A DNA stretch of 63,192 nt, the filler included. It is 8 parts of 8 records of this genome, joined end to end, with 100 filler letters (N's around TTAATTAATTAA, not from the genome) between each part and the next. Parts side by side here need not be neighbours in the genome. Positions count along the whole stretch, not along the records: positions 1 to 5,061 come from SRR31156797_11766; positions 5,162 to 17,536 come from SRR31156797_11781; 6 more parts are not named here. One strand, written 5' to 3'. This document shows, piece by piece, positions 1-9,810 of the stretch. Positions within the stretch are counted from its first letter, which is position 1; every line of letters starts with the position of its first letter. Below the pieces are notes generated by a model. The model worked only from the letters and a program-made list of their open reading frames with translations. It did no database searches and was not told where the DNA came from. The position numbers and the translations under genes were made by a program.

Positions 1-1
1 A

Positions 2-1261
2 GAACATCTGAGTGTCGCCCTTTTTAAACTGAGCTTCAATATCAGGATTTGCTTCAGCGTCCATGATAAAAGTATCAACATCCATTGTATATTCAAGAGT
101 ATCGGCATTAGGATTGTTAGGATCGCCACCAACACATTCAGGAATAGATCCATTCCATGAATACATACTTGAAATTGAATTGTAAGTTTCAGAATAGTTA
201 AATGCGTTTCCATTGGAATCCTGGAATTTCGCCGGATTACAATCATTCTGAAGAATTACAAGACTCTCAGGAGGAGTTGACGCTCCAGTTACCTGCAAAC
301 CTTCCGGAGGACATGCATCAAAACCCATTGCGCCACAACCTGTTGAGTAAGCAAAACCAGGGTCACCTTCATTTACATGAAAAGTAACTTTAACAGTTGG
401 TTTGTCAGGGAATTCAAAGCCTGAAACACCAACGTCCTGGAACTGACCTACGTACTGTCCAAAACCATTGTAGATATAAACCATTTTCGGACTTATTCTC
501 TGCGATCTGTAAACAAGAATAACAGACCATCCTGCAACAACAGTTGAGCTGTAAATACTTCCGTTTGCAACCTGAGATATATATTGTGAGTCATTTGTAC
601 ATGTAACATCACTAACTGTATAGTCACCAACAAGAGAGTAGCCATCTTCAAGAACGCCCGCTTCACGACCTTTAGTGTGAATGCTGACGAACCAGTCTGT
701 TACATCGGCTCTGTATGTATAATATCCGCCAACGATAGTTCCTGCGTTTTCAATTGCAACACCTTCAAAAGTGAAATCCTGCTGTCCGGGATTTAACTCT
801 GTTCCAGGAACACCCTGTCTTGGAGCTGTCACTGAAAGAGTTTCGTTAATAGATCCATCTGCAGAAGCAAACGCAATTGTCGCCTGATTATCCGTTGGTG
901 CCAGTGCATTATTTGGATCAATACTAGTGCTCCAGACAAGAAAAGCTTTTTCTATGTACGCATCACTTGGAATACTGCCTTCTTTTAAAGTAAAAGTACT
1001 TGACTCAAGACAAGTATCAGACTCCGGGTTTCCCGGAAGATCACAACCAACACTTGGATCAGGGTTTGTATCACACTGAACTCTGTTGGTGTTGGTCATT
1101 AAAGATTTAAACATAACAAAATGATCAAAACTTCCAGCTTCCCACTTAAGCTCCTTGCCGTCAAGCTGAGAAACATTCGGTCCGATAAGCTGTCCGGTAT
1201 ACTGCCCATAGACCGGAAGAAAAAACGTCATTAAAAACACAACAAATAGAATCTTTTTCAT
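2..1261 (-). CDS. Secreted protein, paralog of the 1364..4375 protein; N-terminal part only, runs off the window
   Basis: Not in the ORF track because it has no stop in the window. ATG at 1261 after SD GGAG. Translates MKKILFVVFLMTFFLPVYGQ (signal peptide)...ELKWEAGSFDHFVMFKSL...AYIEKAFLVWS...YTYRADVTDWF...GWSVILVY...GFEFP...EGDP...YNSISS...MDVDTF, matching the neighbour motif for motif. Confidence 0.9.
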   Translation of the reverse strand, partial: MKKILFVVFLMTFFLPVYGQYTGQLIGPNVSQLDGKELKWEAGSFDHFVMFKSLMTNTNRVQCDTNPDPSVGCDLPGNPESDTCLESSTFTLKEGSIPSDAYIEKAFLVWSTSIDPNNALAPTDNQATIAFASADGSINETLSVTAPRQGVPGTELNPGQQDFTFEGVAIENAGTIVGGYYTYRADVTDWFVSIHTKGREAGVLEDGYSLVGDYTVSDVTCTNDSQYISQVANGSIYSSTVVAGWSVILVYRSQRISPKMVYIYNGFGQYVGQFQDVGVSGFEFPDKPTVKVTFHVNEGDPGFAYSTGCGAMGFDACPPEGLQVTGASTPPESLVILQNDCNPAKFQDSNGNAFNYSETYNSISSMYSWNGSIPECVGGDPNNPNADTLEYTMDVDTFIMDAEANPDIEAQFKKGDTQMF

Positions 1262-1322
1262 AAGCTCACTCCTGCAAAAATATTTTCACCATAAATTTTA
1301 GTTACAATCACAATCGGTTTTT

Positions 1323-1351
1323 ATCATAATTAAAGAAAAGACTTATGTCAA
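1323..1351 (-). promoter_or_regulatory. Sigma70-type promoter TTGACA-N17-TATGAT
   Basis: tgtcaa 1346-1351 and atcata 1323-1328 on the + strand, 17-nt spacer, upstream of the ATG at 1261. Confidence 0.7.
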
Positions 1352-1363
1352 AAGGAAATTGAA

Positions 1364-4300
1364 TTAGTGATTTCTACCACGTTTTCTTTCAATGAGAAAT
1401 GCTGCAAATGCAACAATAGCTGAGAAAAGAAGTCCAAAAACTACAGTTGAAGTTTTTTCTGATGAAACAGCTGTTACTGAACATCCATCATCTTCACCGC
1501 AAACTTCGTATTTAGGATCACACTCATAGCGATATTCTTTTGAATTTACAGGTGTTCCAAGAACATCTCTGTCACTTTCAATACCAACTGTTGCAACTTC
1601 AAGCTGAAAATAGTCGCCATCTTTAAGATTAAGAGCTGCTCTAACAGTAAGGTATTTAGGCTGATCAGCAGGAACGCTGAAAGCAAGGTCTCTAAAGTTA
1701 TGAAGCTGAGCTGAATCTGTTGAAGCAGCTTTAGCTATTTCCGTGTCGCCTTTTCCATCGTTATCTGTATCTTCCCAAATAGAAATACTGCTAAGACCTG
1801 AGCCGAAACTTGCCATATCTGACTTTCCAAGCTTGATCTTAAAACTTGTGATCTTATCTTCTGAAGTAGTAGACGTTACCTTAAGCTGAAGAATATCATG
1901 CGTACCGTTCATGTCCTTTTTCTCAGGAACTGCAGGATCATTCATGCCCTGTGTAACAATAAAAGAATCTTCAGGCTCGAACTGGAACTCACTGAATTCA
2001 AGAGGAAGTCCGCCTAGCTTTGCACTTCCTGCATCACTAACGAGTATTCCCTGATTTTCTATGCTAGGCATAAATGTAGCATTTCTTGAGATCTTTTCGT
2101 CTTCTTTATATCCGGCATCTACAACAAGCAGGAGATTGTTGATCTTATTCGCAAAGAACATTCCGGAAGCACCTGATATTGAAAAAGAGGCATAGCCATC
2201 ACTTAATGATTCCACTGATCCAATTACAGCATCCTTGTCTTCACCTTCTCCAACTTCAGCATCCGGATCAAAAGATCCATTTCCATTTGCATCATAAACA
2301 AGCTTGAAATTCTTCAACAGAACATTATTGTCATCAACTTTAACCTTAAGTCCAAGCTGAGTAACTTTATAAAAACATTCTCCACCCGACTCTTCAGTAA
2401 GAGCTATCTGACCCATCACGAGTCCTTCCTGAGGAGCAATAAAGATCGTTTCACTAACAGGAGAGTTCTTACCAAGAGCAGCAGTTACTGAGCTGTCCTT
2501 ACATTCAACAATCTCAGGATCCTGAACACAAACTTTATCAGTAGGATCACATATCTCGAATTTTCCACACTCTGCATCTGTTTCACAACCACCGACACCA
2601 ACACCACCACAAAGTGTGAGATCAATATCTTCAGCGTTTGAAACACAGCCTGAAGGAGTGTTGATAAGTTTTACAGGAAGACCAAGGTTTGTTCTGTATG
2701 TTGGAAAACCTGTAGTATCGATCATTGCAACGTTTTCAATCACAGCGTTTTTCTTTGTGCTTGAAGGAACAGTTGCTCTGAATCTTACAACGATAAGGTT
2801 TTCACAGGAAAGATAGTCTGCATCATTTGCACAGAAATCAATTGTCTCAGCCACTTTAAATCCTGAAGCTAATGGGAATTCTCCGTCACCAAGGTCAGGG
2901 ATCCTAGTCCATTTTATAGCGATCTTCTCAGTTCCTTCTGTTTTAAACTCAGTTGCATACTCTGTTGATCCGGGAACATATTCCATACCATCCGGAATTG
3001 TATCTTTTACGATAACTGCAGGAGTAATGTCATCACCCCAGTTCTGAATTCTTATTGCAAAAGTATGCTCACCTTTATCACACCATTTTCCTTCTAAGTT
3101 TGCCGGTGTACAAGCAACTTTTTCAGGTCTGCCGGGAATGTCAAAAGTAGGAGCTTTCGTATCAACTGAAACAACCATCATGTTTGTAATAGTCTGATCC
3201 TGGTTTGCACCAATTCTCAGCGCTATTCTCTGTCCGCCCTTATTAAAATGAGCAGCATAACTTCCGTCAGTTGAGGAATCCATAACAAAAGTATCAACAT
3301 CCATTGCATACTCAATATTCTCAAAATCCCAAACAGGAGGAGTTCCACCAATACATGTAGGGTCAGTATCCGCCCAGCCGTAAACTGAAGAGATCGAGTT
3401 GTATATTTCTGTGTAAAAAAGAGTGCTTACGCCATCACTTCTCTGTGCTTCAGGGTTACATACATTGTTGATGAGAAGCCATCCAACCTGGTCTCCCTGA
3501 ACCTGAAGACCTTCAGGAATAGCAGGGCCGCCATTAGGGTTTTCCAAAGAAGAAAGATTAGGGTCACCTTCATGAGATATAAGTGTAAGTCTTACTTCCG
3601 GATCGGTCGGAAATTCAAAACCTGTAACATTTATTTCACTTTCTTCATGCCAGTAAGCTTTAAATCCATCATAGAAATAGATCTTTTTAGGGCTGATCTC
3701 TGTTGATGTGTAAACCATAACAAGTGACCAACCGGAAACCATTTCAGTTGAACCGATATAACTGGAATCAGAAGCACAGGTGAGGCCTGAAAGATTGTAG
3801 TTACCAAAAAGAGAATAACCATCATACTCAAGACCAAGTTCACGGCCTTTGTCGTGGATGCTCTTGAAGAATTCAGTTACATCAACTCTGTACGTGAAAT
3901 AACTGTGGTTAGGGTTATCAAGATCTCTAAATGCATCAAATTCAAAGTCTGCACTTTCAGTGATCTTATATGCTTTTTTTGCTGTAACAGTCTGAGTTTC
4001 AACTATCTTGCCATCAGCAGAAGTATAGGTGAACGTTACTTCATTATCAGTCGGGTCATTAATATTTGCTATTGGAACTGCTCCGGACCATACAAGAAAC
4101 GCTCTAGAAACATAGGCATCTCCCGGAACATGAGAAATATCAAGAGCATATGTGCTTCCAGCACCTTCGCTCATACAAGCATCAGCCTGTGGATTGTCGC
4201 CATCAGCCTGAAGATTCTCAAGAAGAGTCTTGAACATAACATGGTATCCATAGGCACCATCTTCCCATTTAAGTTCCTCATCACGGTACTTAGAAACTTC

Positions 4301-4375
4301 CGGCCCAAGTGTTCCGGCAATTAAGAACGCGGGAATAAACAGTAAAATAATCAATTTTGTAAATTTTCTGTACAT
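1364..4375 (-). CDS. Large secreted/surface protein with a DUF11-like (conserved repeat) domain, a Cys-rich segment, Ig-like repeats and a MYXO-CTERM-like C-terminal anchor
   Basis: Start moved to the ATG at 4375 (SD GAGGTG). Signal peptide; HTFAIRIQNWG...VKDTIPDGMEYVPGST (DUF11-like); GCETDAECGKFEICDPTDKVC; Ca-binding-like DANGNG and DTDNDG; tail DDGCSV-linker-TM-RKRGR. Confidence 0.75.
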   Translation of the reverse strand: MYRKFTKLIILLFIPAFLIAGTLGPEVSKYRDEELKWEDGAYGYHVMFKTLLENLQADGDNPQADACMSEGAGSTYALDISHVPGDAYVSRAFLVWSGAVPIANINDPTDNEVTFTYTSADGKIVETQTVTAKKAYKITESADFEFDAFRDLDNPNHSYFTYRVDVTEFFKSIHDKGRELGLEYDGYSLFGNYNLSGLTCASDSSYIGSTEMVSGWSLVMVYTSTEISPKKIYFYDGFKAYWHEESEINVTGFEFPTDPEVRLTLISHEGDPNLSSLENPNGGPAIPEGLQVQGDQVGWLLINNVCNPEAQRSDGVSTLFYTEIYNSISSVYGWADTDPTCIGGTPPVWDFENIEYAMDVDTFVMDSSTDGSYAAHFNKGGQRIALRIGANQDQTITNMMVVSVDTKAPTFDIPGRPEKVACTPANLEGKWCDKGEHTFAIRIQNWGDDITPAVIVKDTIPDGMEYVPGSTEYATEFKTEGTEKIAIKWTRIPDLGDGEFPLASGFKVAETIDFCANDADYLSCENLIVVRFRATVPSSTKKNAVIENVAMIDTTGFPTYRTNLGLPVKLINTPSGCVSNAEDIDLTLCGGVGVGGCETDAECGKFEICDPTDKVCVQDPEIVECKDSSVTAALGKNSPVSETIFIAPQEGLVMGQIALTEESGGECFYKVTQLGLKVKVDDNNVLLKNFKLVYDANGNGSFDPDAEVGEGEDKDAVIGSVESLSDGYASFSISGASGMFFANKINNLLLVVDAGYKEDEKISRNATFMPSIENQGILVSDAGSAKLGGLPLEFSEFQFEPEDSFIVTQGMNDPAVPEKKDMNGTHDILQLKVTSTTSEDKITSFKIKLGKSDMASFGSGLSSISIWEDTDNDGKGDTEIAKAASTDSAQLHNFRDLAFSVPADQPKYLTVRAALNLKDGDYFQLEVATVGIESDRDVLGTPVNSKEYRYECDPKYEVCGEDDGCSVTAVSSEKTSTVVFGLLFSAIVAFAAFLIERKRGRNH

Positions 4376-4424
4376 TGTACACCTCAAAATAATGTTGTAA
4401 GCCTCAAATTCACCAACTTCATCT

Positions 4425-4452
4425 ATAATAAACGAACATTTTTTTTTGTCAA
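4425..4452 (-). promoter_or_regulatory. Putative sigma70 promoter TTGACA-N16-TATTAT
   Basis: tgtcaa 4447-4452 and ataata 4425-4430 on the + strand, upstream of the ATG at 4375. Confidence 0.5.
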
Positions 4453-4462
4453 TCCATTAAGC

Positions 4463-5059
4463 CTAATTAATTAGCATAACGGAACAGCCTCCCTCATCGC
4501 CAGCACCAGTATCCTCACCCGGCTTGAGTCTGCATCCTTCGTCGGTTTCATCACAAGTATATTTAAACTCTTCTGTGATAACCTCAACACCCGCAATTGT
4601 TTCAGGGTCTGAAAGCTGTACATCTCCGTTCTTAGAAATATAAAACTCTGTCACCTGTCCGCTGTAAAACTCTATTTCAGCTTCAATGACAATAAATCTT
4701 TCCTCGCCCTTTTGCAGATCAAAAGTACCTGCAGGAAATGTTAAAAGAGTCTGACTTGAAATTGTATCAAAAGCAGTCTCAACAAGTTTAGTATCACCCT
4801 TTCCATCATTATTGTCGTCAGAGTAAGCCACAAGTCTTTTCACTCCATTACCATAAGCCACCGCCGACCCGTTAAGTCTGATATTTAGTGCCTTAAGTTC
4901 ATTGTTTTTATCAAGTGCTTTCATTCTAAGGTGCATTATCTTATATGTTCCATTCATTTCAGGCCACTGAGGAGCTTCCGGAAAATGTTTCCCTGATGCA
5001 AGCAGAAAATGTCCTGATTCAGGCTCGAAAACGAACCTCGGCAGCACAAGACTTGCCGG
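4463..5059 (-). CDS. C-terminal fragment of a third paralog, truncated by the contig end; ends GGCSVMLIN
   Basis: Frame stays open to the contig edge (PASLVLPRFVFEPESG...). Aligns with the last Ig-like unit of 1364..4375 (FEPE, DNDGKGDT, Y-x-CD, GCSV). Confidence 0.8.
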   Translation of the reverse strand, partial: PASLVLPRFVFEPESGHFLLASGKHFPEAPQWPEMNGTYKIMHLRMKALDKNNELKALNIRLNGSAVAYGNGVKRLVAYSDDNNDGKGDTKLVETAFDTISSQTLLTFPAGTFDLQKGEERFIVIEAEIEFYSGQVTEFYISKNGDVQLSDPETIAGVEVITEEFKYTCDETDEGCRLKPGEDTGAGDEGGCSVMLIN

Positions 5060-5061
5060 AG

Positions 5062-5161
5062 NNNNNNNNNNNNNNNNNNNNNNNNNNNNNNNNNNNNNNN
5101 NNNNNTTAATTAATTAANNNNNNNNNNNNNNNNNNNNNNNNNNNNNNNNNNNNNNNNNNNN
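5062..5161. other. Artificial contig spacer (N-run, TTAATTAATTAA, N-run)
   Basis: 100-nt block with a six-frame-stop linker; composition changes across it. Confidence 0.98.
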
Positions 5162-5227
5162 ATATTTTTTAGAACAATTCAAAATTGAATCATTTTTGAA
5201 TTAAAAAATATATAAAAGGAGATTAAA

Positions 5228-6148
5228 ATGAATAAACTAGGAGCTTTAAGTTCATTAACATTTGCAGCAATTATAGTAGGAAGTACTCTCGTTATCAGTA
5301 GAGTTATATCAACAGGAAGTTCAATCTACTGCCTGCAATTTATCAGTATGATAATTGCTAGTTTTAGCCTTATACTTTTAATTGGAGTGAAAAATATAAA
5401 AGAGGAGATTAAGAAAATTAACAAAAGTGATTATCTCATCTTTTTACTTCAAACATTGACAGGTGTAGTTCTATTTAGAGTTTTTATTATTTACGGTGTA
5501 AGATTGACAAAAGCTATCGATGCAGGAGTTATACTCAGCTTAACTCCCATAACAACTGTACTTCTGTCTATTATTTTTCTTCGTGAAAAACCATCAAAAT
5601 ATGAACTGTCAGCGTTGGCATTAGCTTCATTTGGTGTATTGATTCTTAATCTAAATGGTGTAAACAGCAATAGCTCTGTTATCAATAGATTATTAGGTAA
5701 TTTACTTATTTTATTAGCTGTATTAGGTGAGTCTACTTTTGTAGTCTGTAGTAAAAAAGCAACGTCAAACATTTCGTCATTAACCAAAAGTTTAATGATT
5801 TGCTTATGCGCAGTAGTTCTATTTTTTCCTCTTAGCATATATGAACTTAGCAGAAATTACAGTTTTTTATTCGAATATAATTTTTGGCTGTTAGCACTTT
5901 ATACCGGATTAATATTAACTGTTTTAGCTTATGTTCTATGGTTCAGAGCTATCATCTATGTTAATGGTACAACAGCAGGAGTTTTCAACACGCTTATTCC
6001 ACTTAGCGCTATTTTATTAGTTTTTATCTTTTTAGGTGAAAGTATTAGCCGGTCACAGTTAGCAGGTTTAGCATTAATTTTAGCTGCTGTTTCACTGGTG
6101 ATTTACTCGAATACTAAACTTCCGAAAAAAGTCAAAAGTTCAATTTAG
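5228..6148 (+). CDS. DMT/EamA family transporter
   Basis: About 10 hydrophobic helices in two EamA repeats (AGVILSLTPITTVLLSIIFLREK; TAGVFNTLIPLSAILLVFIFLGE); SD AAGGAG. Confidence 0.9.
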   Translation: MNKLGALSSLTFAAIIVGSTLVISRVISTGSSIYCLQFISMIIASFSLILLIGVKNIKEEIKKINKSDYLIFLLQTLTGVVLFRVFIIYGVRLTKAIDAGVILSLTPITTVLLSIIFLREKPSKYELSALALASFGVLILNLNGVNSNSSVINRLLGNLLILLAVLGESTFVVCSKKATSNISSLTKSLMICLCAVVLFFPLSIYELSRNYSFLFEYNFWLLALYTGLILTVLAYVLWFRAIIYVNGTTAGVFNTLIPLSAILLVFIFLGESISRSQLAGLALILAAVSLVIYSNTKLPKKVKSSI

Positions 6149-6173
6149 TATACTTATCCGAAATTTTCACTCC

Positions 6174-6203
6174 TTGACAAAACACCTTTCATCAGGTAAT
6201 AAT
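6174..6203 (+). promoter_or_regulatory. Putative sigma70 promoter (TTGACA ... TAATAAT)
   Basis: Perfect TTGACA at 6174-6179 with an AT-rich -10-like box 17-18 nt downstream. Confidence 0.5.
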
Positions 6204-6252
6204 TTAGTTGTGTACTAGTTGTTTAATACTTGATAAAGAAGAGGGTGGAATA

Positions 6253-7134
6253 ATGAAGAGGAAAGGGATTTTCATATTAACAATTATATTATTAAGCTAT
6301 AATTTTACTTTTTCAGAAGATCAACTCTCAAATCACAATAGAGTAGTTAAGTGGGGATATATGGCTAATGCGGCTCCTCTTAGCTGGTTTGATAGAGAAA
6401 CAAATACTCCAATGGGAGTTAATGTGGAAATTATTCAAGATATAATGAATGAGTTGGGATTAGAGGTCGAGCATCATTTTTATCCATGGTCCAGAGTTCA
6501 ACACATGGTCAAGCTTGGTGAGTTAGATGGGATGTCTACTACGCCAAATAGCTCAAGGTGGAAATATTCCCTCTATGGAAAAGAAAACTGTTTACCTAAT
6601 TACTGGAATCTGTTCTTTCATAAGGATAATACTGAATTAGCGAAAAAAGCAAAGGAATTTACTGAACTTGAGCAGCTCAAAGAGTATGAAACAGCTGATT
6701 TTATAGGAAATGGTTGGGCAGAAGCTTTTATGAGTGAAGGCTATAAAAAAAGAAATGTAAGATCACTTGATCAAATGCCAATGCTATTAGCTCGTAATAA
6801 AATTGACTATATAATTTCGTCATCAAGCTGGATTAATTGGAGAATTAAGAAGCTTGGTTTAACAGATAGCATTATTGAGATAGAAAATGAGAATATTTAT
6901 TTTTCCAGATTTCATTTTGTATTTATGGTTTCAAGGGAATCTCCATGGATAGATGAAGGACTTCTCAAAGCTATGGATAGAGAATTAATCAAAATGAAAG
7001 AATCCGGTAAATGGCATGAAATTCTTAGAAAATACGAGAATCCTCATGGCTTTGGTAAGCCATTTAAAACCCACCTAAAAACTGACAAATATTATATGGA
7101 TTATGATAATTATCCTGAGTATATCAAAAAATAA
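6253..7134 (+). CDS. Amino-acid-type (family 3) substrate-binding periplasmic protein
   Basis: Likely start ATG 6253 (SD GAGGGTGG). Signal peptide; PLSW...GVNVEI...YPWSRVQHMVKLGELDG is typical of SBP_bac_3. Confidence 0.8.
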   Translation: MKRKGIFILTIILLSYNFTFSEDQLSNHNRVVKWGYMANAAPLSWFDRETNTPMGVNVEIIQDIMNELGLEVEHHFYPWSRVQHMVKLGELDGMSTTPNSSRWKYSLYGKENCLPNYWNLFFHKDNTELAKKAKEFTELEQLKEYETADFIGNGWAEAFMSEGYKKRNVRSLDQMPMLLARNKIDYIISSSSWINWRIKKLGLTDSIIEIENENIYFSRFHFVFMVSRESPWIDEGLLKAMDRELIKMKESGKWHEILRKYENPHGFGKPFKTHLKTDKYYMDYDNYPEYIKK

Positions 7135-7166
7135 ATTCCGAGTAAACACTCGGAATTTTTTATTTT
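7133..7166. terminator. Bidirectional intrinsic terminator
   Basis: AAATTCCGAGT-AAAC-ACTCGGAATTT hairpin with A/T tails between convergent genes. Confidence 0.85.
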
Positions 7167-7170
7167 GATA

Positions 7171-7704
7171 TTAAATTCTCTCTAACATTTTTGATATTGA
7201 GCTAAAAAAAGTCAATAGAGCAAGTATTAATAAAAACGCTAAAGTACTAATATTTTTAAGTATTGTACAAGTACTGATAATTTTTACAAAAAATGCATTC
7301 GTATAATTATTTAGCATTAAGTAAATCCCAACATTCTCCAAGTAATCGAATATTACTATTAAAATAGGGACGGCAATTGCAAGCTCATGGATATTAATCC
7401 ATCTGCTAAAGCAAAAATAACTAATATATGCAAATAGAAGCAATAACGGGGGATATAAAAAAGATAGCGGAAGGTGTACTTTTTTATAAAACTGTTTTCC
7501 TTCATATGATAAATTTTCAATTATCTCTTTAGCTTCCTCAACGCTAAATCCATTTGTTCTCAGCTCAAATGCTTTAATTCCATTCATCTCGCTACTTAGA
7601 TGTGGAAGTGTCAAAGTAGTCATTATTGCATAAATGATCATTGCAAATGTCAAAGCAATAAAAGCTGTTTCAATTGTAAAATATTGCTCAAACTCTCTTC
7701 TCAT
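7171..7704 (-). CDS. Hypothetical 4-TM membrane protein
   Basis: Four hydrophobic segments; IFDYLEN motif; SD GGAGAG. Confidence 0.75.
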   Translation of the reverse strand: MRREFEQYFTIETAFIALTFAMIIYAIMTTLTLPHLSSEMNGIKAFELRTNGFSVEEAKEIIENLSYEGKQFYKKVHLPLSFLYPPLLLLFAYISYFCFSRWINIHELAIAVPILIVIFDYLENVGIYLMLNNYTNAFFVKIISTCTILKNISTLAFLLILALLTFFSSISKMLERI

Positions 7705-7860
7705 AACTGTCTCTCTCCGTGATTTTAATTTATAGCTAACTATAGTTGTTTATTATATAAATATTATCATATTTCAAGGTAAATGTTAAGGAAAAGTAAA
7801 AAATGTTACTTAGAAATCAATCTAAATAACACTCTTTATTATAGCTGTTCTTATTTATAA

Positions 7861-8265
7861 TTATGCCCCTAAAAGTGGTAATTTTTTAAGTTTATGATAT
7901 TTTAAAGCAAGTGATATGCAATGTCCCAAAATCTCTACAGGAATTTCCTCGGATAAGTCAAGCACAATAGCTCTATTCCCCTCAAATATCAATTGATCTT
8001 TATAAATCTCTCGAAATGTTTCAACTAAAGTTGTTTTACAATTAAAAAAAATATAAAATTTTTGGGGAGTTTTTTCTTTCCAATCAATTCTAAGAGGGCT
8101 CCCGTTTATTGCTTTATAACTTATTTCATTCCACTTTAAACTTTCTTCTATCTTAGATATATTTTGCGGCTTGGCAGTTTTGTAGATCAATTCTCTTATC
8201 TTCATTGCAAATTCTCTGGCTTCTTCAGGATATGTTTCAAATTTTAATTTAACTTCATTTATCAT
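7861..8265 (-). CDS. DUF1801 (YdhG-like) protein
   Basis: EESLKWNEISY...LRIDWK...FFNCKTTLVETF...FEGNRAI is characteristic; SD GAGG. Confidence 0.85.
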   Translation of the reverse strand: MINEVKLKFETYPEEAREFAMKIRELIYKTAKPQNISKIEESLKWNEISYKAINGSPLRIDWKEKTPQKFYIFFNCKTTLVETFREIYKDQLIFEGNRAIVLDLSEEIPVEILGHCISLALKYHKLKKLPLLGA

Positions 8266-8294
8266 AAAAGCCTCCTATTGATTACATGAATAAT

Positions 8295-9206
8295 CTAATC
8301 AGCCGTTACATACCAACTGGGAATATAAGTTTTGTAGCCATCATACCATCTCATAATATTCTCTGCTTGTCGAAGCATAGTATTTACTTCACCTTCCCCA
8401 TATGGAATAGCCCATGTTACTGCTCCCAATTGATTCGAGCCTATGTATAGTGCTAAAAGCCTAAAGAATTCATCAGGTACATCTCCGTCAAAGTATCCGT
8501 CTATTCTACCTGAAGCGAAGTAACTGCTTGCATCTGCGCAAAAAGTAATTCTGTTAAACTCCTCCCAGGGATCACCAATATCGTATCTGTCGAAATCAAT
8601 TACTCCAATTTGTCCGTCTTTTGTAATCAGCATATTCCCAATATGATAGTCACCATGTTGAAAAAACTGTGGTCTGCTATCTAACAAATATCTATTTTTA
8701 TTAATATATTCTATGATTTGCTCTGATCCATCAAACTGAATAGAGCATGATCTACTCATCTCGATTTTTCGGTCAATTTTTTTATTAAATCTGTCAGCCC
8801 ATTTCAAATCACTTCCACCAACATTAGCATCATGTAACATTCTATTAATTTTACCAGCTTGATAGCCTAATTCATACTGCTCTTTTTCACTTAGTTGCGG
8901 TATTTTATCCTCTGCCTCATCTCCATCAATCCAAGTATACAAGACATAAACATTTGAATTATCATTACATCTACCTATTTCGATCGGTCTGGACATGAGA
9001 ATTGGTAAATCGGATAGTTTCTTTAAGAAATCAAACTCCTGTTTTTTCTGCTCATATTTTGATATATCTGATAATTTCAGCAATAACTGCTCATCATCAC
9101 TAGTTTCTATATAATATTTAGTATCATGTGACCAGCCTTTATCTATTAGTTTTACTGTTTTCCAAGTATTTGATTTTGCTATGTCTTTGAAGTTTATAAC
9201 TGCCAC
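8295..9206 (-). CDS. Aminoglycoside phosphotransferase (APH)/choline kinase-like protein
   Basis: KGWSHDTKY P-loop, HGDYHIGN catalytic loop, IDFDR metal-binding motif. Confidence 0.9.
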   Translation of the reverse strand: MAVINFKDIAKSNTWKTVKLIDKGWSHDTKYYIETSDDEQLLLKLSDISKYEQKKQEFDFLKKLSDLPILMSRPIEIGRCNDNSNVYVLYTWIDGDEAEDKIPQLSEKEQYELGYQAGKINRMLHDANVGGSDLKWADRFNKKIDRKIEMSRSCSIQFDGSEQIIEYINKNRYLLDSRPQFFQHGDYHIGNMLITKDGQIGVIDFDRYDIGDPWEEFNRITFCADASSYFASGRIDGYFDGDVPDEFFRLLALYIGSNQLGAVTWAIPYGEGEVNTMLRQAENIMRWYDGYKTYIPSWYVTAD

Positions 9207-9242
9207 CTAACCTTTCGTATTAATATTTTTTGATATTTAACC

Positions 9243-9773
9243 TCATTTAATCCACTCTTCTTCAAGAATAGAATATTCATAAGCATCGTGCCAATTAGGA
9301 TTCCCTAAATCATCAACACTGAAATAAGCTATTTTCTTAAATTCAGCTTCTCTTCTAAAATTATTTCTCTCCAATAGTTTCAATGAATTGCTATTTTGAG
9401 TATTACATCTCGCTATAACTCTATGTGCGTTTTTCTCTTCAAACAAAACTTTCAATAATTCCTGAATTGCCTCACTTGCATAACCTTTTCCCCAGTAATC
9501 AGAATTAAATACATAACCTATCATCCATGTTTTGTAATTCTCAGGTCCGAATTTAGTCATAAAAACATTTCCTATAACTTTCTCTTCATCTACTTTTTCA
9601 ACTGCTAAAAAATTTTCACTCTCAGCTCTCTCTTTTACACATTTAATGCTTTCATCAATTGAATGAACTTCATAAGGTTCATATTCTACGACTTCTTCTT
9701 TTGATAAATAATCATGTAAATCTTTATAGTCAGATTCCTTAAACTTTCTCAATAATATTCTTTTGATTATCAT
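9243..9773 (-). CDS. GNAT acetyltransferase, RimJ/RimL family
   Basis: IGYVFNSDYWGKGYASEA; NSNSLKLLERNNFRREA. Confidence 0.9.
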   Translation of the reverse strand: MIIKRILLRKFKESDYKDLHDYLSKEEVVEYEPYEVHSIDESIKCVKERAESENFLAVEKVDEEKVIGNVFMTKFGPENYKTWMIGYVFNSDYWGKGYASEAIQELLKVLFEEKNAHRVIARCNTQNSNSLKLLERNNFRREAEFKKIAYFSVDDLGNPNWHDAYEYSILEEEWIK

Positions 9774-9810
9774 TCATACCCCCATTTCAATCTTTAAATT
9801 AACATTTATA

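Noticed and set aside
4463-4474. CTAATTAATTAG and the LIN ending as a hidden linker artefact
   Set aside because: It differs from the linker at both ends and has no flanking Ns, so I treat it as genuine coding sequence.
8295-9206. Calling the APH-like gene an aminoglycoside resistance gene
   Set aside because: Only fold-level motifs are visible; the substrate cannot be determined from sequence.
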